IMG/VR virus record: IMGVR_UViG_3300034190_003093
Span: 1-64,000 of that record
Source: an uncultured virus (IMG/VR IMGVR_UViG_3300034190_003093)
Lineage: Duplodnaviria > Heunggongvirae > Uroviricota > Caudoviricetes
Reading direction: 5' to 3' (one strand)
DNA: 64,000 nt
The notes beneath the pieces were generated by a model, which saw only the letters and a list, made by a program, of their open reading frames with translations, had not been told where the DNA came from and searched no databases. Positions 37,401-46,097 of this stretch are shown here, piece by piece. Within the stretch, counting starts at the first letter, position 1. The number at the start of each line of letters is the position of its first letter. The translations under genes were made by a program, and so were the position numbers.

Positions 37401-38906
37401 TTTCCTGTTGGGCCAACTAATTATTATGCGCCAATTGATCAACACTTTGACAACTTGATATTGTATTACAGTTCTTTTGTATACGACCCAACCACAGGCG
37501 AAGTTGATCAAACCATTAGCACTGTGTATCCGAATAGTTTGGTTAACATGCGAAATCAAGTTGTCGATGTTGTTGGACAAGAAAACACAGTGTTGCCATT
37601 GTGGATGACCACAAAACAAACAGATGGTAGAGTATTAGGCTTTACTAAAGCGTGGGTGATTTGTTATACCAATCCAGGTGAAAGTGATAGAATTAGTTAT
37701 AACATACGCACACAGTTTGGTGAAATACTAAATCGCGTGGACTTTATCAGTGATAGATATATACTAGACAACCAACTTACTGCAAACTGGATACCAAACG
37801 AAGATTCAACAGACGGTGGAGCATGGAACCCATCACCGCCACTTGGCACTACGTTTGATGTTGAATTTAATATAAGTGGTTTGTATGTTTCAACATCGTT
37901 GGTTGCTGACGCTACTAATAGTGAAATCTTTGACAGAAGCTTAACGGTTAACGGCATACTAGTTGTTGCAGCAGGAGCAGTTGGCGGGCAAGAGGCTGTA
38001 CCTGATGCCTGGGTCAAAAAGGTTGGTAGAAGTTATCAACTGTTAATGGACAAAGATGCAACGGGAATCAATACTACAGCACAACAACAAATGATCCGCA
38101 CACTAAATGGTGCAGCTGGAACTTGGCATGCTGGCTACCAAACTGCACAACGAATTGGGTATGGCGGCGGCAGTTCTTATTCTCCAAACTGGCTAACCGA
38201 TATAGGTGCAGCATCTTATGCTGGTTACACAGATTTTTTAGACCAGCATGCAGTTAACGACATGGTATGGTATAAAAACAACAACGGCTGGAACGGCACT
38301 GGAACTAAAGACATTGAAGAAGTGTTTGAACACATTATGCATACAATACATCTATATGGTGTACGTGGCGGTGTTCAAGGATCAGTTACTGAACTCAACT
38401 GGGACAGTGAAAATAACCCAGGAACATACACAGGCACTGAGTTATTTAAAGCAATGGAACAAGCAATTGACAATGGTATGTATGATGCTGGCGCAAGTGA
38501 CCCGTACGACCCACAGGAAGCAGGTGTACTAATGAAAGAGTACATGTATTTGCTAAATTGGGGCATGTGGGAGATGAGTGTTTTTTGGGCTGGCGAAAGT
38601 CTAGCACCGGAATGGAACGATCTAATGAGAACACCATCTGGCATATTAGCAAACAACCCATTAGGGCATGCACTGTTTGAGAAGTACTTTGCACCTGTAC
38701 TGAGCAAACCAAACTTTGCTACATTGAATAGCATCTTCCAAGACAACGATCAGGGAGAAGCAGGTTATGTTGCAACTAGTGCAGTTAACAATGCAACCAC
38801 ATTCGATGGCAATAGTTTGAGGTTTACTACACCCGTAGATATGTACGGTAAGACGGACAAATACGATAAATATCTTGTATTTCCGAAGACAACTATTTTA
38901 GGATAA
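34413..38906 (+). CDS. Large virion protein with Ig-like repeats, lipase-3 insert and putative metal-binding insert
   Basis: LPAG/LPPGLSL...G.ITG repeats; MRGT, GHSLG, NDLVP; EEVFEHIMHTIH. Confidence 0.75.
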   Translation: MAQPVWVTPAGNLGTIAESLFFHQPIVATDPDGGAVTYSLIAGQLPAGVQVTTNGIVEGVPTAQAMVKGVPSEVAENVTSTFAIRATSTDGQINDRTFSLTVTGQDIPQFTTPSGSLGTFFDGDTVNITIGFNDQDPGDVATISVDIGTLPPGLSLNPLTGAITGYILPISNLPNDAQVGYDASEFDLYPFAFSTRSINQTYEFTVKITDGKDQNLRTFSMYVVSRDSLTADTTDFTADSDVLTADLSPFRTPLIINYPDNGIIGTFRHDNFFAYQIEGLDLDGDLFEFEIEQGDSSDIPPGITFDRFTGWLTGFFPDQGATELQYTFAITIYKKDNNSIVSEPYEYTMTVIGNIESSVTWLTGTLIPGRDVNDPIYSLGEISNGAISMFSVLASNPSDRSLQFKLKQGTYPSTPGQYNLLPQGLSLLESGHIAGRVSFNTFTFDGGTTTFDKEASTRLTTTETTWDKNFDFTVVAYSSDGLISVSRTFRITVDREYNSPYQGLYIKAMPDHADRNLVDSLLQDTDIIPPSRVYRADDPYFGIAKNVTYTHAYSLDTATLDEYLVALSKNHFRKKLILGNIKTAQALNSDGTVAYEVVYSDVIDTGVNKLGESPPQSINLPYPVTVPNQAATEARELVDENFSNGSIGDPNVTALNQVSEAYLEEARDLNLLTNVMSQLARDWVGQGQPGDPAERWDGNKYIPNPKANDTFTPAPSNQCPVNINEPLRYEKFRSALEALTADDIIWCDYTVTINKDPNGQKLDPPKVVRSVAPFGFLIEVGDTAYITMRGTQTSYDFTLDFMSGKVINPIAGFGKGKTQNGFTMAYKGLGPDPLEVRAADVPGKSLYTVLNDTTKTKIKIGGHSLGSSISTLIANYAQSLNKFNRVEGYVSASPTVGNQIYADYFNALEDKDGNTLGNNFYRLTNKNDLVPTLPGPLLGFIPVAQEVLFDTLYTDSNGKKDISKNHSICCCYSYALRHPQNPYNNKNEDGVENQCEFPVGPTNYYAPIDQHFDNLILYYSSFVYDPTTGEVDQTISTVYPNSLVNMRNQVVDVVGQENTVLPLWMTTKQTDGRVLGFTKAWVICYTNPGESDRISYNIRTQFGEILNRVDFISDRYILDNQLTANWIPNEDSTDGGAWNPSPPLGTTFDVEFNISGLYVSTSLVADATNSEIFDRSLTVNGILVVAAGAVGGQEAVPDAWVKKVGRSYQLLMDKDATGINTTAQQQMIRTLNGAAGTWHAGYQTAQRIGYGGGSSYSPNWLTDIGAASYAGYTDFLDQHAVNDMVWYKNNNGWNGTGTKDIEEVFEHIMHTIHLYGVRGGVQGSVTELNWDSENNPGTYTGTELFKAMEQAIDNGMYDAGASDPYDPQEAGVLMKEYMYLLNWGMWEMSVFWAGESLAPEWNDLMRTPSGILANNPLGHALFEKYFAPVLSKPNFATLNSIFQDNDQGEAGYVATSAVNNATTFDGNSLRFTTPVDMYGKTDKYDKYLVFPKTTILG

Positions 38907-38916
38907 GAAGAGAAAA

Positions 38917-39825
38917 ATGACAAGCAATATCAATCCCAACAATATAGATACCACCTACCCTATTGCTGGGCAGGATAACGACAGTCAGGGCTTTCGTGAT
39001 AACTTTACAAACATCAAAACAAACTTTGAATATGCAGAGACTGAAATTGATGATTTACAAGCAAAAGGTATCTTCAAAAGTGCACTAACAGGCACTACAC
39101 TAGACAACGACATGGCCGGTGCGCTAGTAGAAAATATGAAGACACAAGCATTCCGTGGCACTCGTATTGCATTACCTGCAACAACTGGTACAGCAACCAT
39201 TGATTATAGCGCAGGACAATGGTATACTGTTACAACCAGTGGCAGCATTTCATTAGCATTTACTAACATCCCAGCAAGCGGTAATGCAAGTTGGTTTAAT
39301 GTACGAATTACTGTTGCCAATGTTGCACACACCGTAACACTTCCGGCAGCCGTTGGTTCAGCTGGTTCAGCACAAAGCGTAGCAGGCATCCAGGGAATTA
39401 GTTCGAATGTTATTACATTCGCTGAAACTGGCACATATGAGTTCGAGTTCCACACAGATGATGGTGGTACAACAATTTACCTAAGTGAACTAACACGCCC
39501 ACGCAACAGACTTATGAACCCGTTAATTTTAGCAGGTAACGAAGACGTAGCAGATGCAGCAGCAATTAGTTTGGCAGTAACTGCAAGTTATTTCTCAACA
39601 GGTGGTGCAGAAACAGCAACTCTTGCAGCTGGTGTCGAAGGCCAAATTAAAACACTTATGATGGTAGCCGACAGCGGCGATATGGTAGTAACTGTTACTA
39701 ACTGCGGTTGGAAAGCAAGTGGCGACGGCACAATTACATTTAATGATGTTGGTGACGCATGCACCTTGCAATATGTAAACGACAAATGGTTTGCAGTTGG
39801 AATCAATGGCGTAACATTTGCCTAA
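38917..39825 (+). CDS. Virion structural protein
   Basis: YPIAGQDNDSQGFRDNF N-terminus; beta-rich remainder. Confidence 0.7.
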   Translation: MTSNINPNNIDTTYPIAGQDNDSQGFRDNFTNIKTNFEYAETEIDDLQAKGIFKSALTGTTLDNDMAGALVENMKTQAFRGTRIALPATTGTATIDYSAGQWYTVTTSGSISLAFTNIPASGNASWFNVRITVANVAHTVTLPAAVGSAGSAQSVAGIQGISSNVITFAETGTYEFEFHTDDGGTTIYLSELTRPRNRLMNPLILAGNEDVADAAAISLAVTASYFSTGGAETATLAAGVEGQIKTLMMVADSGDMVVTVTNCGWKASGDGTITFNDVGDACTLQYVNDKWFAVGINGVTFA

Positions 39826-39840
39826 TAGGCAAACAATTAA

Positions 39841-39885
39841 TTGACATATCAACTCCTCTGCGCTATAATTAAGTGTAGAGGAGTT
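39841..39885 (+). promoter_or_regulatory. sigma70 promoter nested in RBS-sequestering hairpin
   Basis: TTGACA-N17-TATAAT; aactcctctgcgct/agtgtagaggagtt 14-bp stem with 2 G-U. Confidence 0.75.
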
Positions 39886-39889
39886 TTCA

Positions 39890-40114
39890 ATGGAACATCC
39901 ATTAATTAGTAATATTGATCATCTAACCGAAGCAGAGTTAATTGAAAAAATTACCGAACTAAACAAAAAATATTATGCTAGTTCAAGCATGGGAAATTTC
40001 CAATTAACCAACCAAATTGGCATGGCGATTGAAACCTATCGAAACAAACTAATACAAAAACAAACAAAACAGAACCCTGACAATAATTTTGAGGATAAAA
40101 TAGATATATCATGA
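39890..40114 (+). CDS. Hypothetical protein
   Basis: GAGGAG RBS. Confidence 0.65.
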   Translation: MEHPLISNIDHLTEAELIEKITELNKKYYASSSMGNFQLTNQIGMAIETYRNKLIQKQTKQNPDNNFEDKIDIS

Positions 40115-40764
40115 GTTACTCACGTTTAAGCCTTAGTCCGCAATTTTATGCAGGCATACACACACCACACGGGATTGTAATGAATCGGTACTATGTGGAT
40201 ATACAGATGATGACAATGACCAACAGTTCTTTTGACCATAATATTGCAGTAGAACGAATTAGGTATATAGCAAATGATGAATTTGACAGTAGCATTTTAA
40301 TCAACGAAAAAGAAACAGAAGCAAAAGAATTATTAGAGACAGCAGGTTTTAAGTGCATTACATTCCCAACAAACCCAATTGATCAAGTAGTTGGTCTTTC
40401 GATATTCCACAAATTAAACAATGTAGTCGATCCTGTTGTACAAATTCTCGATGTTAACATACACAGCGATGTTGGCGGTGTTAATTATTTACACAACGAG
40501 GAAGAGGAATCGCCTCTGAGTGAATATGAGGGTTGGTGGCATAATGATGATCCTAGCTGCCACTCGTTAGGAGTTAACAGCAAAGTTGTTACCCTCAAGG
40601 TACCCACATGGAAGAAACTTGGTCTGGAGTGGGAAGACGAAGAAGAAGATTATGAAGATGACGACGAGTTCGAAATTGAATTCGAAGGCGAAGTACTAGA
40701 AGTAACACACCTTGCACCTTCAAACGAAAATGTTGTAGAATTTAAACCCAATGATAAAAAATAA
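40111..40764 (+). CDS. Hypothetical protein with acidic tail
   Basis: Coupled ORF. Confidence 0.6.
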   Translation: MSYSRLSLSPQFYAGIHTPHGIVMNRYYVDIQMMTMTNSSFDHNIAVERIRYIANDEFDSSILINEKETEAKELLETAGFKCITFPTNPIDQVVGLSIFHKLNNVVDPVVQILDVNIHSDVGGVNYLHNEEEESPLSEYEGWWHNDDPSCHSLGVNSKVVTLKVPTWKKLGLEWEDEEEDYEDDDEFEIEFEGEVLEVTHLAPSNENVVEFKPNDKK

Positions 40765-41233
40765 ATTTGGTGAACTGGTATATAACATCGATGATGTAGT
40801 AGATCTTGTTATGAGTGAACAAAACATCTCAGGTATTACTGTGGACCACACTGTGGATCATCCTGATGATGTTGAGTTTGTAAATGCAACTGACAACTCT
40901 ATTACCGTTGAAGAATACGATCGTGCAAATCAACAAAAATGGCTAATGCCAGATGAATACCACGACTTAGACATTGCAAAACATGTTATTGAGTGTTGTA
41001 AAACACCCGAAGAGTTACAAAGAGTTGGGCATGAATTATTGCTGTATCAAGAACGTGACTTGTTTAATTTGTTAAAATATCTCAAGTATCTTGTTGATAC
41101 ATTAAAAGACAATAATATCATATGGGGCGTCGGCCGTGGATCCAGTGTTGCTAGCTATGTTCTATACCTATTAGGTGTGCATAGAGTCAACAGTATGTAC
41201 TATGATTTGTCGCCTGAAGAATTTCTAAGATAA
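40751..41233 (+). CDS. Stand-alone DNA polymerase III alpha fragment
   Basis: GVGRGSSVASYVLYLLG..Y.L..E.FL; ends before the PDID catalytic motif. Confidence 0.8.
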   Translation: MIKNKFGELVYNIDDVVDLVMSEQNISGITVDHTVDHPDDVEFVNATDNSITVEEYDRANQQKWLMPDEYHDLDIAKHVIECCKTPEELQRVGHELLLYQERDLFNLLKYLKYLVDTLKDNNIIWGVGRGSSVASYVLYLLGVHRVNSMYYDLSPEEFLR

Positions 41234-41261
41234 ATATATACGTAGTTAATAGGAGCCACCA

Positions 41262-41882
41262 ATGGCAGGAAAACGTACATACAGGTCATCGCAAGGCAAG
41301 GCAGTAGATTTAGGTGCTTTGTTATTGCAAAACGAAAACACCAGAGCAGTTGGTAACATGGGTGTAAATGCTCGTGGAGATCGAATCGATAATCGCGGCG
41401 GAGTTGTTGATAGCAAAGTAAAACAAACCAATAGGCAATATAATAAACAAATTGGCCCTGTTGATGATTTACCGGTTGCAAGTCGTCGAGCGGCTGCTGA
41501 CTTGGTTCCTGATCCAGTGGTCAATGAAGAAGTGCCTGTAACAGCAAAGACAGCAAAACCACGTAAAAGCAGTGCCGAAAAAGAGGCTACAAAAGTAGCC
41601 AAAGCAAGTACCAAGAAAAAACCAGCAGCTAAAAAACCAGCAGCTAAAAAACCAGCAGCTAAAAAAGCCGAACCAAAGATTAGGGAAGTATCGCCAACAG
41701 TACTTGACATAGAAGTTAAGGAAACTGTTGATACGCCAGAACCAGTAGCAGAAGCTGAGCCTGCACCGGTTGCACCTCGAGGACTTGCAGATGCTATTGC
41801 ACGTGCAAGATCTATTAAACAAGAACAAGCAAAAACCCCACGTCAACTTGCACAAGAAAAAGCCGGAGTAAGGAAAATATAA
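41262..41882 (+). CDS. Basic late protein with PAAKK histone-like repeats
   Basis: AVGNMGVNARGD; TAAATA box and AGGAG RBS. Confidence 0.7.
   Translation: MAGKRTYRSSQGKAVDLGALLLQNENTRAVGNMGVNARGDRIDNRGGVVDSKVKQTNRQYNKQIGPVDDLPVASRRAAADLVPDPVVNEEVPVTAKTAKPRKSSAEKEATKVAKASTKKKPAAKKPAAKKPAAKKAEPKIREVSPTVLDIEVKETVDTPEPVAEAEPAPVAPRGLADAIARARSIKQEQAKTPRQLAQEKAGVRKI
41616..41666 (+). repeat. 15-bp perfect tandem repeat, about 3.4 copies
   Basis: (aaaaaaccagcagct)n encoding KKPAA. Confidence 0.9.
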
Positions 41883-42295
41883 TGGCCACTCAAAATATTA
41901 ACGCAATCAAGGTCGCCCAAAAAATTAAAGCACTACACGACGATGTCCTAGTAGAAGAAATGGAGTTCGGTGAACGTAGTCTAAGCGGCGGGTTGATCCT
42001 AATCAATGATGATGGCAAAGGTTACGGCATCCGCCCACGTTGGGGGAAAATTTACGCAGTTGGCCCAAAGCAACTTGATGTTGAAGAAGGACAATGGATT
42101 ATGGTAGACCACGGGCGCTGGAGTCGTGGGTATCTAATTGAGGACGCTAACGGAGAACAAACTACAATCCGCAAGGTTGACCCCAAAGATATGCTACTAG
42201 TTAGCAACGAAAAACCAAAAGATGATACTCAAAGTATGGCTACTAGCATTGCCGAAAATGCAATGCCTGAATCAAGTAAATTCTACAAAGGCTAA
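41882..42295 (+). CDS. GroES-like co-chaperonin
   Basis: L.D.VLV, GGLIL, G.IYAVGP. Confidence 0.8.
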   Translation: MATQNINAIKVAQKIKALHDDVLVEEMEFGERSLSGGLILINDDGKGYGIRPRWGKIYAVGPKQLDVEEGQWIMVDHGRWSRGYLIEDANGEQTTIRKVDPKDMLLVSNEKPKDDTQSMATSIAENAMPESSKFYKG

Positions 42296-42338
42296 TTAAC
42301 TTCTTTACAAATCAAATATAGTCGTGTATACTATAGAT

Positions 42339-42452
42339 ATGTATTGGGCATGGTATCGCAAACTAAGAAAGCAAGGACACCCTTGGTGGAACAGTTTGGC
42401 ATGGGCCTATTATAACAACAATCATTATGACATAGATGGAAATTATAAATGA
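42339..42452 (+). CDS. 37-aa Trp/Tyr-rich micro-ORF
   Basis: TTTACA-N17-TATACT-N6-ATG; ATGA overlap with clamp-loader gene. Confidence 0.5.
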   Translation: MYWAWYRKLRKQGHPWWNSLAWAYYNNNHYDIDGNYK

Positions 42453-43369
42453 AGCAACTATGGACTGAAAAGTACCGGCCAGCAGATGTTGACGGCTATG
42501 TGTTCCGAGACAACGACCAAAAAGCACAAGTGAAAAGTTGGATCAAAGATGGAGCTATTCCGCATTTGCTGTTTTCAGGTGCGCCAGGTGTTGGCAAAAC
42601 TACATTAGCAAAGATCTTAATTGCCCAACTAGATGTTAACGAGTATGATGTGCTAGAAATCAACGCTAGTCGCGAAAACAGTATTGATACCATCCGAGAC
42701 AAGATCACTGGATTTGTACAGACTATGCCGTTTGGTGACTTTAAAGTAGTGTTGTTAGATGAAGCTGATTATATTTCGCCAAATGGCCAAGCAGCACTGC
42801 GTGGCGTAATGGAAACATATCATGCAAGCGCAAGGTTCATCTTAACTTGTAACTATCCCAACAGAGTTATTCCGGCACTACATAGTCGTTGCCAAGGATT
42901 TCACATTGAAAAAGTAGATTTAACTGAATTTACTGCCCGTGTTGCAACTGTATTAGTAACAGAGGACGTTGAATTTGATCTTGACACGCTGGACACTTAT
43001 GTGAGAAGCACATATCCAGATTTGCGCAAGTGCTTAAACGTTTGTCAAATGAACAGCTCGGATGGTAAACTTACAAGTCCCAATGGCGATGAAGGCACAA
43101 CTAAGGAGTGGCGTATTAATGCTGTGGAATTGTTTAAAGCAGGTAAGATACACGAAGCACGAAAGCTGATGTGCAGCACAGTACGAGCAGAAGAAATGGA
43201 AGATGTATTCCGTTGGATGTACGACAATTTAGAACTGTTTAGCGACAGTGTACAAGGGCAAGATAGTGCTATTGTGATTATCAAGAATGGCTTGGTTAAC
43301 CATAGTTTTGTCGCAGATCCTGAAATTAATTTGAGTGCAACAATGGTAGAACTAGCGCAGATTTCATAG
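42449..43369 (+). CDS. Sliding-clamp loader AAA+ subunit (T4 gp44/RFC-like)
   Basis: WTEKYRP, GAPGVGKTT, LDEAD, SRC. Confidence 0.93.
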   Translation: MKQLWTEKYRPADVDGYVFRDNDQKAQVKSWIKDGAIPHLLFSGAPGVGKTTLAKILIAQLDVNEYDVLEINASRENSIDTIRDKITGFVQTMPFGDFKVVLLDEADYISPNGQAALRGVMETYHASARFILTCNYPNRVIPALHSRCQGFHIEKVDLTEFTARVATVLVTEDVEFDLDTLDTYVRSTYPDLRKCLNVCQMNSSDGKLTSPNGDEGTTKEWRINAVELFKAGKIHEARKLMCSTVRAEEMEDVFRWMYDNLELFSDSVQGQDSAIVIIKNGLVNHSFVADPEINLSATMVELAQIS

Positions 43370-43389
43370 TTTTCTTTGATAAGTAATCA

Positions 43390-43476
43390 ATGGAAGACTT
43401 AGATGATATTCACCAGTGGCAAACCACATGGATCGACGACCCTTGCGACGATTGTACACATTGGATAGGTATAATA
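43390..43476 (+). CDS. 28-aa micro-ORF (MEDLDDIHQWQTTWIDDPCDDCTHWIGI)
   Basis: TAAGTA-N4-ATG; fills the gap before the next promoter. Confidence 0.4.
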
Positions 43477-43482
43477 TAACGG

Positions 43483-43511
43483 TTGACTTATTTTATTTCC
43501 TGTGCTATATT
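43483..43511 (+). promoter_or_regulatory. sigma70-type promoter
   Basis: TTGACT-N17-TATATT. Confidence 0.65.
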
Positions 43512-43542
43512 AAAGCGTAATAATAATATAGGAGCATATTAG

Positions 43543-44151
43543 TTGACCAACCATGAAAAAATTATTGTAACAGACTGCGATGGCGTTTTGTTGAATTGGG
43601 AGTACGCATTTTGTGCTTGGATGACACAACATGGCTACACTGAAATTGAAAATGGCAATAAAGAATACAACATCGGTAAACGGTTTGGTGTTACATTAGA
43701 AGAAGCTGTTAAGCAAGTTGTGATATTCAACGAAAGTGCAGCAATGGCGTTCTTGCCAGCACTGCGTGATGCACGTTATTATGTCAAACGTTTACACGAA
43801 GAACATGGTTATGTGTTCCATTGTGTTACTAGTATGAGTCTTGATCCTAATGCCAAGAAGCTGCGCCAAATGAACTTGGACAAGTTGTTTGGTCCAACAG
43901 CATTTCCAGTACTAGAGTGTCTAGACACAGGTGCAGACAAAGAACAAGCACTCGAGAAATACCGCGATACCGGTTACTACTGGATCGAAGACAAATTTTC
44001 AAATGCAGTTGCAGGACAGAAAGTAGGTATGCGTCCAATCTTAATCGAACACGGTTGGAACATGAACGAAGTTGTGCCAGATGGTATGAAGAAAGTAGTC
44101 AACTGGAAAGAAATATACAAACATATTGTGGGTGAATATATTGGTGGATAA
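43543..44151 (+). CDS. HAD-family hydrolase (T4 gp30.2/nucleotidase-like)
   Basis: DCDGVLLNW, VTS, WIEDK. Confidence 0.8.
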   Translation: MTNHEKIIVTDCDGVLLNWEYAFCAWMTQHGYTEIENGNKEYNIGKRFGVTLEEAVKQVVIFNESAAMAFLPALRDARYYVKRLHEEHGYVFHCVTSMSLDPNAKKLRQMNLDKLFGPTAFPVLECLDTGADKEQALEKYRDTGYYWIEDKFSNAVAGQKVGMRPILIEHGWNMNEVVPDGMKKVVNWKEIYKHIVGEYIGG

Positions 44152-44335
44152 TGATAAAATACACGCACGTATGTTGGAATTGTGTGCACCAATTGAACAA
44201 CAAATTTTAATGTGCGACAGTCGAGAAGACGTACTAATGATGGCGTGTGTCATGTTGGATAGAGTAAAAACCATGCTCGACGGTCAAATTGGTCCAGAAG
44301 GTAGACGTGATATTATCAACGGAGTAAACACTTAA
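44144..44335 (+). CDS. Hypothetical protein
   Basis: PIEQQILMCD; start uncertain. Confidence 0.55.
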   Translation: MDNDKIHARMLELCAPIEQQILMCDSREDVLMMACVMLDRVKTMLDGQIGPEGRRDIINGVNT

Positions 44336-44339
44336 ACAC

Positions 44340-44573
44340 ATGATGGGGCATGGATACTACGGTACAAAACTAGCCGATCAAGAAAAACATGAAGAAAAAT
44401 TTGCTTGGCTTCCAGTGTACAGCACATTTAGCAAGAAACGTATATGGCTAAAAAAGTATCACATTGTGCACATACTATACGATGACACCGGGAAGCCTCC
44501 TATCAAAGGGTCAAGTTGGCCGCTAACTTATACCAAACAAGAATACTTAATAATGTTGTTGAAATGGTCGTAA
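44340..44573 (+). CDS. Hypothetical protein
   Basis: FAWLPV...IWLKKY. Confidence 0.6.
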   Translation: MMGHGYYGTKLADQEKHEEKFAWLPVYSTFSKKRIWLKKYHIVHILYDDTGKPPIKGSSWPLTYTKQEYLIMLLKWS

Positions 44574-44577
44574 CAAA

Positions 44578-44793
44578 ATGAAACCTAATAATAACTTTGA
44601 ACTCACTATAAGAGACGTTGAAATCATCGAATCGGCACTAAGAGCAAAGGCCGGTCGTAGAGGTCTAGCCATTGCCGAAGGCACTGTATCAACACAACTC
44701 CACGAGGAGATGAGAGAGATACAAGAACTCCTAGGACGCATACATGAACAAAAAGTTTGGTATCGTCCCAAGGGGTTTGTGCCCGGTGGATAA
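44578..44793 (+). CDS. Hypothetical protein
   Basis: MKPN..FEL...LLGRIH.QK.WYRP. Confidence 0.6.
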   Translation: MKPNNNFELTIRDVEIIESALRAKAGRRGLAIAEGTVSTQLHEEMREIQELLGRIHEQKVWYRPKGFVPGG

Positions 44794-44811
44794 TCAACAA
44801 AGGAACTGAAT

Positions 44812-45150
44812 ATGAAATATGTAATCGACATTGACGGTACTATCTGCCAAGAAGTAATCATACCCAACAGCGGCGGAAAGAAAGACTATGCCAACCATAT
44901 CCCACTGCCAGCTCGCATTGCGAAAGTAAATGCATTATATAATGCAGGGCATACAATTAAATATATGACAGCACGTGGGTGTGTTAGCGGCGTGGATTAT
45001 TACGACCTTACCAAAAATCAATTAGACTTTTGGGGATGCAAGTATCACGAACTAAGTGTTGGTGAAAAAGAAAACTACGACATTTGGATTGACGACAAAG
45101 CATTTTGGAGTGAAAACTTCTTTAGAGAAACAGGAGAAAGTTATGAGTAG
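44812..45150 (+). CDS. Capless HAD phosphatase
   Basis: DIDGT, TARG, WIDDK. Confidence 0.82.
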   Translation: MKYVIDIDGTICQEVIIPNSGGKKDYANHIPLPARIAKVNALYNAGHTIKYMTARGCVSGVDYYDLTKNQLDFWGCKYHELSVGEKENYDIWIDDKAFWSENFFRETGESYE

Positions 45151-45295
45151 GTTGAATAAAGATTTTAAATATTTGTCAGTTGCATTTCTTGTCATTACAA
45201 TTGGCATGGTGGGTATTCCTATTTTAGCCGCAGCTATTGCTTGGCCAGATAATTGTGCTCAATCTATTATTATTCCTTGCCTAGGCTTAGAATAA
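45143..45295 (+). CDS. Small membrane protein
   Basis: AGGAG RBS, one TM helix. Confidence 0.5.
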   Translation: MSRLNKDFKYLSVAFLVITIGMVGIPILAAAIAWPDNCAQSIIIPCLGLE

Positions 45296-45296
45296 A

Positions 45297-45797
45297 ATGA
45301 GTAAAGTACAAAAGTTCAAGAGTAAAATTGACAACTTTTTTGGTTGGGTTAAAGTTACTGAATTAGTTGAACTTGACAATATTGATGTAAGCGAAGATCC
45401 TGTGCGTCCCGAACTTGATGTAGAATGGCGCACAAGTTACGGACGCAAAATCTACGGATTAAAGTACGAAGACGAGATTGAAGGCATTATCTGTATTGCT
45501 TACACCAATGATGTTCCTTCAAGTTTAAAAGAACTAGACTTGATGAGCCAAAATGCACATTTACAAAAAAATGCAGATACCGCAGTAGCATACACAGTGT
45601 GGAGCCGCAAGCGTGGTGCAGGCAAGGAAATCATTGGCAAGGTGGGTGATATGATGAAAAACTCTATCAACATTAAGACACTAGTGACACTATCGCCATT
45701 GACTCCAATGGCCACACACTTTCACATTCGAAATGGTGCTAAACAAATTGCTATTAACAGCACAACACAAAACTTTAAATACGATTTAAGCGAGTAA
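45297..45797 (+). CDS. Hypothetical protein, GNAT-like fold possible
   Basis: DPVRPEL, YTVWS..RGAG, VTLSP, FH.RNGA. Confidence 0.55.
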   Translation: MSKVQKFKSKIDNFFGWVKVTELVELDNIDVSEDPVRPELDVEWRTSYGRKIYGLKYEDEIEGIICIAYTNDVPSSLKELDLMSQNAHLQKNADTAVAYTVWSRKRGAGKEIIGKVGDMMKNSINIKTLVTLSPLTPMATHFHIRNGAKQIAINSTTQNFKYDLSE

Positions 45798-45800
45798 AAA

Positions 45801-46097
45801 ATGAGTGAATTTATTGTAGAACAATGGAACTTGATTATGGATCACACTAGAAATCCGTTGCGCAACATTCCGTCACTGCCAGTACGTCATATGATTATGC
45901 AAGTTCTTGCCTGGATGTGGGTAATTGTATTCACTATTGCAAGTGGCACATGGGCATATGCAGGACTTAATGCAATTGTACACACAGCCTTGATTACCGG
46001 AATTGTAGTAACTGTTGCAGTATTCGAAACAGCAAAACGTAAGCCAAATTTGTTTAACAAATACAACGGGCGTGCCGCCGGCGGCGAACATGAGTAG
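45801..46097 (+). CDS. Membrane protein
   Basis: NPL..IP...RH.IMQVLAWMW. Confidence 0.6.
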   Translation: MSEFIVEQWNLIMDHTRNPLRNIPSLPVRHMIMQVLAWMWVIVFTIASGTWAYAGLNAIVHTALITGIVVTVAVFETAKRKPNLFNKYNGRAAGGEHE

